A DNA stretch of 64,000 nt from Sphaerobacter sp. Its GTDB lineage: Bacteria; Chloroflexota; Chloroflexia; Thermomicrobiales; Thermomicrobiaceae. Under the pieces are notes generated by a model. It was given only the letters and a program-made list of their open reading frames with translations. It was not told where the DNA came from and did not search any database. Positions 35,169 to 45,010 of the stretch are shown piece by piece; positions within the stretch are counted from its first letter, which is position 1, and each line of letters starts with the position of its first letter. The position numbers and the translations under genes are program-made. The DNA lies in NCBI RefSeq assembly GCF_019683595.1, contig NZ_JADGHZ010000001.1, positions 7,314 through 71,313 on the forward strand, read 5' to 3'.

Positions 35169-36746
35169 CTACTCCACCGGAATCTCGGCGAAGCGCTTGG
35201 CGATATCGACCCCGCGCCGGCGCTGCAGCCCACGCGCCACGGCGTAGATCACCAGGCCACTGAGCAGGATCAGCACGTTCATCAGAATCAGCCCCGGATG
35301 CCCGTTCAACCCCGCACTGGGGTCGGTCAGGAACGCCCAGGCCATGATCGCGAGTGCCACGAGCGACAGCGCGCCGACCACGCTCATCACCGGGATCCCG
35401 GCCACCCGGGTGTTGACCGGGGACGATTCGAACACGTCGGGGAGCCGGTAGGGAAAGGCGATCGCGGCGATGGAGACGATCATGAACCCGAGGATGAAGC
35501 CGAAGATGCCGACCAGGGTCGCAAAGACCGGGATCCAGACGTAGCCCGCCAGCGCCAGGATCGAGCCGGCCCCGACCAAGACGAGCGCGGGCACCGGGGT
35601 GTGGTACCGCGGATGCACCCGGCCCAGCGCTGACGGCATCAGACCGTCCAGCGCATAGGCGAGGAGGTTGCGCGACGCATTGGTGATCTGGCCCGGCAGC
35701 CAGGTGTACGACTGGAAGATGAACGGCACGAGGATGAAGAATGCGACGAGCGTGCTGCCCGAGCCAAAGGCCGCAATCTGGGTATAGGTGAGTCCCTGCG
35801 ACGCAGCGAGCTGCCCGATCGTGTCCAGCCCAACCGCGCGATCACCGAGCACCAGCAGCACCAGCAGCACCGCCACGGTCAAGGCAGCGGCGGTCGGCAT
35901 CGACCAGAGTTGTAGCCGCGATGCACGCTTCACCTCCCCGCCGATGTAGGCCGACGACTGGTTGAAGACGAGATTGATGTAGACCCAGGTGCCCGCCAGC
36001 AGTGTCCACTTGATGCTGAAGGGTCCGGTGGCGTACCCGGCTTCGACCGCTGCCTGGCCAAGCCCGCGGAGGGTCGCCTCCCCCAGCCCCTGGCCGAGGC
36101 GGTCGATGATCGTGGCGCTGGAGGTTGTCAGCCAGACGATCGCCACGAGCACAAGCGATACGAGCGAGATGATGAAGAGCGTATTCTGGATCCGGAAGTA
36201 GAGCCGGAGGCTGCGGGAGAAGACGGCCACCAGTGCCGCGATCAAGACCGCGCCGGTGAGGAACGTGCCCCAGTCGGACGCGAACCACGCGCCGAGATCC
36301 TGCATCCAGGCAATCCCGGCCATCTGCCCCAGCGTCGAGAAGCACGGCGCGAGGCCGAACTGCGCGAAGAACGCCGACGGCACCCCGCCGTAGAGGAACC
36401 ACCAGACGGTGTTGTTCCAGCTCGACATCATGCCCAGCGCCGGGTGCAGAACCCGGCTCACATAGACGTAGTCTCCCCCGGAGCGGGGCATCGCACTGGC
36501 GAAGAACGCGAAGACCAGACTGGTTGGGATAACGAGGAGGAACATCAGCAGCGCCGTGAGGTAGAGGTTGGCACCCGGATAGAACGCGGTCGAGAACAGA
36601 AACACCAGCATCGTCATCAGGCCAAGCGAGACGAAGTTGATGTTGTAAATCAGGACGTCGAGCGTGCCGGCCTCTCGTACCAGGCCGGTCGCCTTCCGCT
36701 GGAAGATTCCGGGACCGCCCATGACAAAGTCGCTCTGCCCCTGCAT
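35169..36746 (-). CDS. APC-superfamily amino acid/polyamine permease
   Basis: About 12 TM helices. The N-terminal GLVREAGTLDVLIYNINFVSLG and the overall composition are typical of APC permeases. Confidence 0.8.
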   Translation of the reverse strand: MQGQSDFVMGGPGIFQRKATGLVREAGTLDVLIYNINFVSLGLMTMLVFLFSTAFYPGANLYLTALLMFLLVIPTSLVFAFFASAMPRSGGDYVYVSRVLHPALGMMSSWNNTVWWFLYGGVPSAFFAQFGLAPCFSTLGQMAGIAWMQDLGAWFASDWGTFLTGAVLIAALVAVFSRSLRLYFRIQNTLFIISLVSLVLVAIVWLTTSSATIIDRLGQGLGEATLRGLGQAAVEAGYATGPFSIKWTLLAGTWVYINLVFNQSSAYIGGEVKRASRLQLWSMPTAAALTVAVLLVLLVLGDRAVGLDTIGQLAASQGLTYTQIAAFGSGSTLVAFFILVPFIFQSYTWLPGQITNASRNLLAYALDGLMPSALGRVHPRYHTPVPALVLVGAGSILALAGYVWIPVFATLVGIFGFILGFMIVSIAAIAFPYRLPDVFESSPVNTRVAGIPVMSVVGALSLVALAIMAWAFLTDPSAGLNGHPGLILMNVLILLSGLVIYAVARGLQRRRGVDIAKRFAEIPVE

Positions 36747-36772
36747 GTCCGCACCCCTTTCCCCGGTCGAGG

Positions 36773-37717
36773 CTACCCACTCACCAGTTGATAGGCGGTG
36801 ACCCGACCGCCCTCGATGTCGATCACGACGCCGTCGAGCACGCCCTCGCTGTACGCGCTCCCCGGGTTGATGCAGAGCGTGCTGCCGATCCGAGCCGCGG
36901 CACGCGACTCATGGATGTGACCATGCAAGCTCACGAGCGGTTGATGACGCTCGATAAACGTCCGCACCGCCTGCGACCCAACCGGCACCAGCTTCGGCTC
37001 ACCCCCCTCGGTCACGACACGCAGGTCGTCGGTGAGTTGCGGCGCGAGGTCCAGCCCGGAGTCGTACGGCGGGCAGTGGAGGTTGAAGATGGCCGGCTTT
37101 CCCGGCTCCAGTTCCGTAGCCAGATCCTCCAGCTTCTGGAGCAGGTCCGGCTCGGGCAACTCTCGCGGCGAGTCCCACGGTGTCGGATTCGTCCAGGCAC
37201 AGGAGAGGATCTGAAACCCATCGTCGTGAACCACGCGCTCCCCGCAGCTCACGACCGGCGGTGCGGCCTCACCGAGCACATCGTCGATGTCCCACTCGTC
37301 ATCATTGCCAGGCATCACGTAGCAGCGGACGCCGGTCCCGGCGAGCTTCTCGTGGGCCAGGGCGAGCCAGCGCCGCAATTCCTCCCGCATGAGGCATCGG
37401 AAGACCTCGTCGCGGTAGCCGTCGTCGACGCGCAGCCGCTCGTACTCGTCGAAGGTGCAGCGCAGCGGGTAAAAGCCGTTGAGCCGCACGCGCCGCTCCA
37501 GCTCCTCCAGCTTCGCCTCGCCCTTCGCCTTCTCGTCCTTGCCGAACACGCGGGCGACCCACTCGCCCGGTTTGCGCTCGACGAACGGGACCATGACCTT
37601 CCCCGTCAGGTCGCCGCCCATGATCAGGACGTCGGCGCCGTAGAAGGCTGCGGCGTTGAGGAACTTGCGCCATAACCGCTCGGATCCGTGCACGTCACTC
37701 GCGTAGAAGAGGCGCAC
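36773..37717 (-). CDS. Metallophosphoesterase
   Basis: Motifs SDVHG, GGDLTGK, PGNDD and HGHIHE appear in the canonical order. Confidence 0.8.
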   Translation of the reverse strand: MRLFYASDVHGSERLWRKFLNAAAFYGADVLIMGGDLTGKVMVPFVERKPGEWVARVFGKDEKAKGEAKLEELERRVRLNGFYPLRCTFDEYERLRVDDGYRDEVFRCLMREELRRWLALAHEKLAGTGVRCYVMPGNDDEWDIDDVLGEAAPPVVSCGERVVHDDGFQILSCAWTNPTPWDSPRELPEPDLLQKLEDLATELEPGKPAIFNLHCPPYDSGLDLAPQLTDDLRVVTEGGEPKLVPVGSQAVRTFIERHQPLVSLHGHIHESRAAARIGSTLCINPGSAYSEGVLDGVVIDIEGGRVTAYQLVSG

Positions 37718-37797
37718 GAGTCACCCTCCTCTGGGGCCGCACGGGTGCGCGCTCTCGGCACTGGCCGCGTGTCAGCGCGACATCGCGGAGCACTCTG

Positions 37798-37827
37798 TTG
37801 ACGGTCCTGGTAAACGTTGTTTACGAT
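37798..37827 (+). promoter_or_regulatory. Promoter TTGACG-N18-TACGAT with embedded perfect palindrome GTAAAC-GTT-GTTTAC (putative operator)
   Basis: The palindrome at 37810-37824 lies between the -35 and -10 elements, 40 nt upstream of the XRE/cupin regulator gene. The region is a low-GC island. Confidence 0.5.
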
Positions 37828-37862
37828 CATAAAACACCGGTAGTGATTGTCAAGGGGCGACG

Positions 37863-38501
37863 ATGAAGCGCGACTCGGGAGTCGACAGGCCGGCGCCAAA
37901 CCGTAGCGCAGGCGAAGGGTCTCCACGGGAAGTGAGAGCCGCAGGTCCGAACGGAGGAGGGATCCGCATCGGACAGCGGCTGCGGGCAGCCCGTCAGCAG
38001 CGATCCCTCTCGCTGGAACAGGTGGCTCGCCTCACCGGGCTGACCAAGGGCTTCCTCAGCCAGGTCGAGCGGGATCTGGCTTCCCCTTCGGTCGCCTCTT
38101 TGCTCGCCATCTGCGACGCCGTGGGCCTCCCGATCGGAGCCCTGTTCCAGCCGGCACAGACCGACCTCGTCACTGCAGAGAACCGGGCGCCGATCAACTT
38201 CGGAGGCGACCGCGTCACCGAGTTCCTGCTCACCCCGAGCGGCGAGCGACGGCTCCAGGTGATCGAATCGCATATCGAACCGGGTGGCGGGAGCGGCGAC
38301 GGGTTGTATTCGCTGCCGGCGGATGCCGAATTCGTGCACGTCCTCGCCGGTCGCCTCGAAATCGAGGTCGATGGAACCCATTACCGGCTCACGGCGGGCG
38401 ACTCCCTTACATTCTCCGCCCGCGCGCCTCACTGTTGGCGCAATCCATCCCCCCACGAAGTTGCGCATGTCATCTGGGTATTGGTTCCCTCACCGTGGTA
38501 G
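37863..38501 (+). CDS. XRE-family HTH transcriptional regulator with C-terminal cupin domain
   Basis: The HTH_3 region is IGQRLRAARQQRSLSLEQVARLTGLTKGFLSQVERD. The cupin region is ...EFVHVLAGRLEIEVDG..Y.L.AGDSL.F. Confidence 0.85.
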   Translation: MKRDSGVDRPAPNRSAGEGSPREVRAAGPNGGGIRIGQRLRAARQQRSLSLEQVARLTGLTKGFLSQVERDLASPSVASLLAICDAVGLPIGALFQPAQTDLVTAENRAPINFGGDRVTEFLLTPSGERRLQVIESHIEPGGGSGDGLYSLPADAEFVHVLAGRLEIEVDGTHYRLTAGDSLTFSARAPHCWRNPSPHEVAHVIWVLVPSPW

Positions 38502-38913
38502 CCGGATCCCGGTGACGTGCCGGCGAACGACGCGCCACGGCGCGTCATATCGGGAAGCCCCCTCCCCTTTTTCCCGGTCCCAACCGGTTGACACATCGCG
38601 GTTCACCCGGGCGATACTTATGTTGCCTTGGAGCGGCGCAGACGGCAGCGAACGAGCGGCCCGTCGCGTGCCGGTAAATCACGCGCACTTACGTGATGCG
38701 TAAGCTCATCCACTCTCTCGCCGCACATCGCGTGAATCGAGACGGTCAGAAACTCGGTTGGCATTCGATTGTGAATCTGTGTACTATGGGGGCCGGAACG
38801 GCCGTGGGCAGGGATTGGGCCGGATTTCGCCAGAACGGGGCAAGCGCGATTTCCACCGCCACTCCTGACCACTTTCGCCAAGCTGAGGCAGGAAGCCTGA
38901 GGGACAGATAGGC

Positions 38914-40872
38914 GTGAACAAGTATCGACGGGGGTTGGCACTTGGCGCCCTGGCGCTGGTCGTGCTCGTTTTCATCGGCGTGGGCATCAGCATGCGCACC
39001 ACGCCGCAGCCGGTGAACCTCACGCAGGTCTTGACGGACATCCGCAACGGTCGCGTTACGGAGATCCACCTCACCAACGACGGCCAACAGGCCGAGGTTA
39101 CCTACGCAGACGACAGCAAGACCCGCGTGGCACTGCCAGCGGGGGAGTCCCTGACGACGCTCCTCACGAATGCGGGGATCCCGGTGGAGCGCTGGCCGGA
39201 GATCTATCCGGCGGGGAACAGCCTCATCTCCGCCGATCTCATGATCCTGCTCCGCATACTGACTCTGATCGCCGCGGGTGTGGTGATCTTCTTCCTGTTC
39301 CGCCGCTTCGGGCCGAGCAGCATCGGCAGCACCACGACCCGCCGCGGCAGCTTCGAGCCGATTCGGCCGGGTGAGCGGGTTATCACCTTCGACGACGTCG
39401 CCGGCGCGGAGGAGGTCAAGGAAGAAGTCGCGGATATCGTCGACTACCTCCGCGATCCGGAGCGTTTCCGCCGGCTCGGTGCCCGCATCCCGCGCGGCGT
39501 CCTGCTCACCGGACCGCCAGGCACCGGTAAGACGCTCTTGACCCGTGCGCTGGCGGGCGAGGCGCGGGCCTCCTTCTTCTCGGTCAGCGGCTCGGAGTTC
39601 GTCGAGTTGTACGTCGGTGTCGGCGCCTCGCGGGTGCGTGAGCTGTTCCGCAAGGCGAAGGAGAACGCCCCGGCGATCATCTTCATCGACGAGATCGACG
39701 CCATCGGTCGCCGCCGCGGCCGCATGGAACAGAGCTCGGAATACGACCAGACGCTGAACCAGATCTTGGTCGAAATGGACGGCTTCGAGGAGCGGACCAC
39801 GGTCGTCGTCGTCGCCGCGACCAACCGCGTCGATATCCTCGACCCGGCGCTGCTCCGTCCCGGGCGGTTCGACCGCAAGGTGGTCGTGGACCTGCCCGAC
39901 CGGAAGGCCCGCCGCGCCATCCTTGAAGTCCATGCGCGCGGCAAGCCGCTGGCCGAAGATGTCAATCTGGACGAGCTCGCGGCACGAACCACCGGCATGA
40001 CCGGGGCCGACCTCGCGAACGTCATCAACGAGGCGGCGATCCTGGCTGCCCGCGACCACCGTGAGACGATCACCAAGGAAGACCTGCTCGAAGCGCTCGA
40101 CCGCACGCTGGCCGGTCCCGCGCGCAACGCGCGTCGCTTCAGCGAGCGCGAGCGGCGTGTGGTTGCCTACCACGAAGCCGGCCACGCGGTGGTGGCTCAC
40201 CTGCTGCCGCACGCCGACCCGGTGCGCAAGGTCTCGATCGTCTCGCGCGGCCGCGCCGGGGGCTACACCATGATCGTGCCGGACGAGGATCGCGGCCTCT
40301 GGACCCGCGCTCAGCTCAGCGACCGGTTGGCGGCGCTGCTGGGCGGGCTGGCAGCCGAGGAGCTGATCTTCGGCGACATCACCACCGGGTCGTCCAACGA
40401 CCTGGAGCAGACGACGACAATCGCGACGTCGATGGTCCAGCGGTACGGCATGGGCAAGCGCTTCGGCCTGCTCTCGACCGGTGCCGCCAGCGACTTGCAG
40501 CAGCTTTCGCCGCAGTCGGCCTACACCGCCGAGCAGGAAGCGCTGGAGCTGGTGCAGCAGGCGCACCAGGTTGCGCTCGAAGTACTGCGCGCCCACGCCG
40601 ACGACCTGGAGCGCGTCGCGCAGCGGCTGCTGGAAGTCGAGACGATCGACGGGGAGGAGCTGGAGTCTCTCATCAGCCCGCCACGCCAGCTTCCGGTGCG
40701 CCCGACCCCGGAGCAGGCACTGCCGACCCCGCTGCACCGGCCGTCGGTCCGCGAAGGCCGGCGCAAGGGACCGGCGCGTCGCGTCGGCCGGGCGATCGGG
40801 CTCGTCGCGACCATCACGCGCGACGCGGTCGAATCCCTGCGGGCGGCCAAGCCGCAGATCGACCGCACCTGA
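38914..40872 (+). CDS. ftsH: ATP-dependent zinc metalloprotease FtsH
   Basis: GPPGTGKTLL, DEIDA, SRH region, zinc motif HEAGHAV. The start is a GTG preceded by gaggga. Confidence 0.95.
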   Translation: MNKYRRGLALGALALVVLVFIGVGISMRTTPQPVNLTQVLTDIRNGRVTEIHLTNDGQQAEVTYADDSKTRVALPAGESLTTLLTNAGIPVERWPEIYPAGNSLISADLMILLRILTLIAAGVVIFFLFRRFGPSSIGSTTTRRGSFEPIRPGERVITFDDVAGAEEVKEEVADIVDYLRDPERFRRLGARIPRGVLLTGPPGTGKTLLTRALAGEARASFFSVSGSEFVELYVGVGASRVRELFRKAKENAPAIIFIDEIDAIGRRRGRMEQSSEYDQTLNQILVEMDGFEERTTVVVVAATNRVDILDPALLRPGRFDRKVVVDLPDRKARRAILEVHARGKPLAEDVNLDELAARTTGMTGADLANVINEAAILAARDHRETITKEDLLEALDRTLAGPARNARRFSERERRVVAYHEAGHAVVAHLLPHADPVRKVSIVSRGRAGGYTMIVPDEDRGLWTRAQLSDRLAALLGGLAAEELIFGDITTGSSNDLEQTTTIATSMVQRYGMGKRFGLLSTGAASDLQQLSPQSAYTAEQEALELVQQAHQVALEVLRAHADDLERVAQRLLEVETIDGEELESLISPPRQLPVRPTPEQALPTPLHRPSVREGRRKGPARRVGRAIGLVATITRDAVESLRAAKPQIDRT

Positions 40873-40900
40873 TCCGCCCCACCATGTTCACGACACGCAC

Positions 40901-40928
40901 AACCGGGCCTCGTTCGAGGCCCGGTTTT
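40901..40928. terminator. Bidirectional intrinsic terminator between ftsH and the PNP gene
   Basis: aaccgggcctc-gttc-gaggcccggtt followed by tt. The A-run/T-run symmetry allows function on both strands. Confidence 0.65.
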
Positions 40929-40948
40929 CATGTTCGGCGTATCCGCCG

Positions 40949-41764
40949 CTACTCGCCGCCGAGGCGGGGCAACAGCGCACCCAGGACCGCGCTCAGGCGC
41001 TCTGCCGCGCGCGCACCCTCGCGCACGACCTCCTCGTGGCTCGGCGTGGCCGGCTCGTCGGCGACGGCGCGGTTGGTGATCGTCGAGATCGCCAGGACGT
41101 CCAGCGCGATCGCGCGTGCCATGACGACCTCCGGCACCGTCGACATCCCGACCGCGTCTGCCCCGATGGCCCGCAAGAAGCGGAGTTCCGCGGCCGTCTC
41201 GTAGCTCGGCCCGGCGACCATGGCGTAGACCCCCTCCCGAAACGAGACGCCAACCGCGCGGGCCGCCGAGTGTGCCAGCTCGCGCAGCTCCGGAGCGTAG
41301 GCATCCCGCATCGGGATAAAGTCCACCTCCGCGCCGCGCGGCGGAATCAGCGGGCTCTGCCCGGCCAATCCCGGGAGGTACAGGTGGTCGCGGATCAGCA
41401 TCAGGTCGCCGACCGCGAAGGCGGGATCAAGCCCGCCCGCCGCGTTGGTCAGCACCAGATAGCGCACCGGCGTTCCCTCCAGCGCGCGGATCGGTGCCGC
41501 CACCTCGGCGGCCGTAAGCCCCTGGTAGAGGTGGTAACGGCCGAGGTAGACCAGGATCGGCACCCCGGCGAAGCGCCCGACGACCACCTCCCGCGCATGC
41601 CCGGCCACGCCAGGCACCCGGAGGCCGAAAAGCTCGTCCATCCCCGCGCGGGCAGCCACGTCCAGTTCCGCGACCACCGGCGCGAGCCCCGACCCGATCA
41701 CCAGCGCCACTCGCGGCGCAAGGCCACTGGCAGCGAGCAGCGCATGCAGATCAGCGTGGGTCAC
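40949..41764 (-). CDS. Purine nucleoside phosphorylase (PNP/MTAP family)
   Basis: VIGSGL...GRYHLYQG...VLTNAAGG...GPSYETAAELR...GADAVGMSTVPE. Confidence 0.9.
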   Translation of the reverse strand: MTHADLHALLAASGLAPRVALVIGSGLAPVVAELDVAARAGMDELFGLRVPGVAGHAREVVVGRFAGVPILVYLGRYHLYQGLTAAEVAAPIRALEGTPVRYLVLTNAAGGLDPAFAVGDLMLIRDHLYLPGLAGQSPLIPPRGAEVDFIPMRDAYAPELRELAHSAARAVGVSFREGVYAMVAGPSYETAAELRFLRAIGADAVGMSTVPEVVMARAIALDVLAISTITNRAVADEPATPSHEEVVREGARAAERLSAVLGALLPRLGGE

Positions 41765-41776
41765 ATCGCACTCCGC

Positions 41777-42400
41777 TCACCGCGCGCCCGGCCCGAGCAA
41801 GGCGGCGCGCTTCTCCAGGTACTCGGACTCCGACAAGACGCCCGCGTTGCGCAGCTCGTTCAACGCGACGAGCAGGCGCGTCACATCCTCGGGCGGAGCA
41901 ACGCGGCGGTCGTCGTCCCACCCCATCCGGCTGCGCGCATCGAGGATCGCCCGCTTGAAGCGGAACGGGTCCGCGAGCGCGTCGAGCCGGTTGACCCCGA
42001 TCTCACTCCCGGTCACGATCTCGAGCGTGCCGTAGTTGAACACGCGCCCCATGGCGCTCTGGGTCAGGAGGATGTCGTTCACCTTGTCCAACGAGGAATC
42101 CATCACCCGCTTCGTGATGATGCCCTCCACCTGGACGATGCGGGCGGTGGTGACGATGTACTGCTCGCGGTGCCAGGCCAGGAAGCGCCACAGCGCCACG
42201 GCGAGTGGGATGATCGCCAGCGCCCCGACGATGATCCCGGCCAGGTTCGATACGGCGCTCCCAAGCCAGACGCCGAGCGCGACCAGCACGGCCGCGGCCA
42301 GGATGAAGAGCGCCAGCCGCCCGGCGATGAAGATCGGATGCCGTCGCTCGACGATCAGGATGCGTTCCCCCTCGCCCAGGAGTCCGTCAATGTATGCCAC
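41777..42400 (-). CDS. Membrane protein with bacterial PH (bPH_2/YdbT-like) domain and C-terminal SHOCT motif
   Basis: Two TM helices, then a PH-like region (RIVQVEGIITKRVMDSSLDKVNDI). The C-terminal SHOCT-like motif is LRNAGVLSESEYLEKRAALLG. The GTG at 42400 is preceded by GAGGAGGG. Confidence 0.7.
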   Translation of the reverse strand: MAYIDGLLGEGERILIVERRHPIFIAGRLALFILAAAVLVALGVWLGSAVSNLAGIIVGALAIIPLAVALWRFLAWHREQYIVTTARIVQVEGIITKRVMDSSLDKVNDILLTQSAMGRVFNYGTLEIVTGSEIGVNRLDALADPFRFKRAILDARSRMGWDDDRRVAPPEDVTRLLVALNELRNAGVLSESEYLEKRAALLGPGAR

Positions 42401-42494
42401 GGTGCCCTCCTCGCGCTGACAGCCTTTCCCGATGCGTCGGATTGCCCTCCGGGGCGATCGGTGCCGGTATGGTAGCGGGCAGCACGGGCTGGGA

Positions 42495-43325
42495 TCAATG
42501 GGTGAGCAGGCGCAGGACAGCGAGTGAGCCGAGGTCGCGCTCCACCACCTGACGGATTTGCGCCCGAAGCGCATCCTCGACCTCGCTTCGCAGGGAATCG
42601 CTCAGGCGCAGCCGGAACGCTGCCGACGGGTCGCGGTCGATCAGGCGGAGGAACTTGAGCGCATTCACCGAGAGCGGCAACGCCTGCGGCTGCGCCTGCC
42701 GGCACGCGGGGCAGAGCACGCCGCCTGCCTCGGCGCTGAAGGCATTCACGACCGGCTGAAGCGTTTCACCGCACCCGGCACAGCGGTAGAGTTCCGGGCG
42801 GAACCCGGTCACCGTGAGGAGGCGCAATTCGAAGATCCGGGCAGTCACAAACGGGTCGAGGCCGCGGTCCAGCATCTCGAACGCCGACACCAGGGCATCG
42901 TAGGCCGCCGGATTCGGCTGTGCTTCGACCGTCAGCGCATCGAGGAGATCGGCGAAGTATCCCGCGTAGGCGATGGAGATCTCATTCTCGCGCAGCGCGC
43001 GGTAGGGCTTCACGAGCTGCGCCTGGGTGATGATATCGAGGTTGCGGCCCTGAGCCAGCAGCAGCGAGGTTCGCGCGCACGGCTCCAGATGGCCGGCCAG
43101 CTTACTCTGCGTGCGACGCACACCTTTGGCGACGACCCGCAGCTTGCCATGACGTGCGGTGAAGAGCGTCAGGATGCGATCGGCCTCGCCGAGATCGCGG
43201 CGGCGCAGCACCACGGCCTCGGTGCGGTAGAGCCGGACCCGCTCCCGGCGCGGCGCCGTCTCGGATTGGTCGGCGCTGGACGGGCCCGCCGGCGCGTCCG
43301 CCACCCGCTCCTCGCTAGGTTCCAT
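42495..43325 (-). CDS. recO: DNA repair protein RecO
   Basis: LYRTEAVVLRRRDLGEADRILTLFT (OB-fold N-terminus) and a zinc motif CAGC...CPAC. The start is uncertain (43325, or 43400 in the track). Confidence 0.85.
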   Translation of the reverse strand: MEPSEERVADAPAGPSSADQSETAPRRERVRLYRTEAVVLRRRDLGEADRILTLFTARHGKLRVVAKGVRRTQSKLAGHLEPCARTSLLLAQGRNLDIITQAQLVKPYRALRENEISIAYAGYFADLLDALTVEAQPNPAAYDALVSAFEMLDRGLDPFVTARIFELRLLTVTGFRPELYRCAGCGETLQPVVNAFSAEAGGVLCPACRQAQPQALPLSVNALKFLRLIDRDPSAAFRLRLSDSLRSEVEDALRAQIRQVVERDLGSLAVLRLLTH

Positions 43326-43959
43326 GACCGTGCTCCGCTCGGGCACGCGCCACCATCTCCACCCACTGCCGCGCACGCGCCGCCACGGCCGCCCAGTCAC
43401 CGGCGGCCACCGCGCGCTTGTCGACCAGCTCGCCCCCTACCGCCAGGGCCACGGCGCCGTTAGCCAGGAAGCGCGGCCCCGTTTCCAGCGTGACCCCACC
43501 CGACGGGATCAGCTTCACCTGGGGCAGCGGCCCGAGGATGTCCTTGAAGTACTCGGGACCGGCCGCGCGGGCAGGGTTGACCTTGATGTAGTCGGCGCCC
43601 TGCTCCCATGCCGTCAGGATCTCCGTCGCCGTGAAGGCGCCGATGACGGAGGGGATGGAGTAGCGGCGGCAGATCTCGATGGTTTCGGCACGCAGGGTCG
43701 GCGTGACGATGAACTCGGCCCCCGCTAGCATGGCCGCGCGCGCCGTCTCCGCATCGAGCACGCTTCCCGCACCGACGCGGCAGACATCTCCCAGCGCCGC
43801 ACGCACCTGCTCGATCGCGCTCCCCGCCTGGCGGTTGGTGTAGGTGAACTCCAACACCCGAATCCCGCCCTCGACGAGCGCCGTCGCCAGCTCAACCGCG
43901 CGGCTCAGGTCGTCGAGCCGAATCACTGCAATCAGGCCCGACTCTTCGATCCAGTGCAT
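43315..43959 (-). CDS. eda: KDPG / KHG aldolase
   Basis: IAVIRLDD...GGIRVLEFTYTN...GAGSVLD...FIVTP...KVNPA (Schiff-base Lys context). The rest of the track ORF (to 44691) is antisense to nadK. Confidence 0.85.
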   Translation of the reverse strand: MHWIEESGLIAVIRLDDLSRAVELATALVEGGIRVLEFTYTNRQAGSAIEQVRAALGDVCRVGAGSVLDAETARAAMLAGAEFIVTPTLRAETIEICRRYSIPSVIGAFTATEILTAWEQGADYIKVNPARAAGPEYFKDILGPLPQVKLIPSGGVTLETGPRFLANGAVALAVGGELVDKRAVAAGDWAAVAARARQWVEMVARARAEHGHGT

Positions 43960-44118
43960 CCCCGGCACCCCTTCGTTCTCACCAGTTCCCCTCCAAGTGT
44001 ACCGCGGCGTCGTACCCGGCGCCGCGGTGAAGCGGCACGGGTTCTTGCGGTACCATGGGCAGTGCGACCCACTGTGGAGGTCGCGCGGGATGACTGACTG
44101 ATGAGAGAGGGGCGACGC

Positions 44119-44964
44119 ATGGCCCGGATCGGCCTGATCGCCGCGCACGGAAAGTCGGAGGCCGAGCGTCTGGCCGCCGAGGTGATCCCGTGGCTGGAGC
44201 AGCGCGGGTGCGAAGTGTTGAGCGAGGATGAACTGCGGAGCGGTACCCGGCCGGACGTGATCGTCGCCCTGGGTGGTGACGGTCTGATCATGCGCGTCGC
44301 CCACGACCTGCCCGACATCCCGATCCTTGGAATCAACGTCGGCAAGGTGGGATTCCTGGCGATGACCGAGCGGCAGAACTGGCAGGCCGCCCTGCAGGAG
44401 GTCGTCGACGGTCGCTACGAGGTGCAGGAGGGGCCGACGCTGGCGGCGACGGTCTACCGAGACGGGCAGGCCATCGTCGACGCCTGGGCCATCAACGACG
44501 TGGTTATCCGCTCCGGCATGCAGATGATCGACGTCGAGGTCTACATTGACGAACGTTACGTGAACACCTACCCCGGTGACGGCATGATCGTCGCCACGCC
44601 GCAGGGCAGCACGGCCTACTGTATGGCCGCGGGTGGCCCGGTCCTGGCAGCCGGCGTCGGCGGCTTCGCAGTCACGCCAATCTGCGCCCACTCACCGATC
44701 CGCACGACCCTGGTCGTCCCCAAGACGACCCTGATCGAACTGGTCCTGGCGAGCGAGCGCGAGGCGCACCTCATCCTTGACGGTGTGCCCGAACTGGACT
44801 TGCAGCAGGGCGATGTCGTGACCGTCCGCGACGGGACGCACCGTTTCCGGCTGGCAGTCCTGGAGGGGATGAACTTCTACGACGCGTTCCGGAGCAAGTT
44901 CAACTTCATGATCCGGCCGGATGCCGTCCCGACCCTCGGACGACGGGGACGTGAGCGAGCATAA
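44119..44964 (+). CDS. nadK: NAD kinase
   Basis: VALGGDGLIM (GGDG motif), NDVVI, and TPQGSTAYCMAAGGP. An alternative ATG is at 44101. Confidence 0.9.
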   Translation: MARIGLIAAHGKSEAERLAAEVIPWLEQRGCEVLSEDELRSGTRPDVIVALGGDGLIMRVAHDLPDIPILGINVGKVGFLAMTERQNWQAALQEVVDGRYEVQEGPTLAATVYRDGQAIVDAWAINDVVIRSGMQMIDVEVYIDERYVNTYPGDGMIVATPQGSTAYCMAAGGPVLAAGVGGFAVTPICAHSPIRTTLVVPKTTLIELVLASEREAHLILDGVPELDLQQGDVVTVRDGTHRFRLAVLEGMNFYDAFRSKFNFMIRPDAVPTLGRRGRERA

Positions 44965-45010
44965 ACCCCGTCCGCTTCTCACCCCGCCGTGCCGGTGACG
45001 GTCTGCGGGC

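Noticed and set aside
36693-36705. A 13-mer, CTTCCGCTGGAAG, identical to the mini-ORF core occurs inside the APC permease gene.
   Set aside because: It lies in frame within a clearly coding region on the opposite strand (…IFQRKAT…). It has no SD sequence or start codon of its own. It is most simply a chance match of a partly palindromic 13-mer.
38746-40737. A 663-aa ORF on the minus strand, together with many other long ORFs in the track. Examples are 4309-5913(+), 6023-7243(+), 10449-11822(-), 13814-15022(+), 25460-26440(-), 40481-42475(+), 47.0-48.2 kb(+), and the 5' parts of 56992-60768(+) and 56596-59226(-).
   Set aside because: They lie antisense to, or out of frame with, genes that have unmistakable signatures such as ftsH, glcF, glcE, smpB, aroC, trmD and ligA. 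Their translations are Arg/Ala/Gly/Pro-rich low-complexity sequence typical of shadow ORFs in high-GC DNA.
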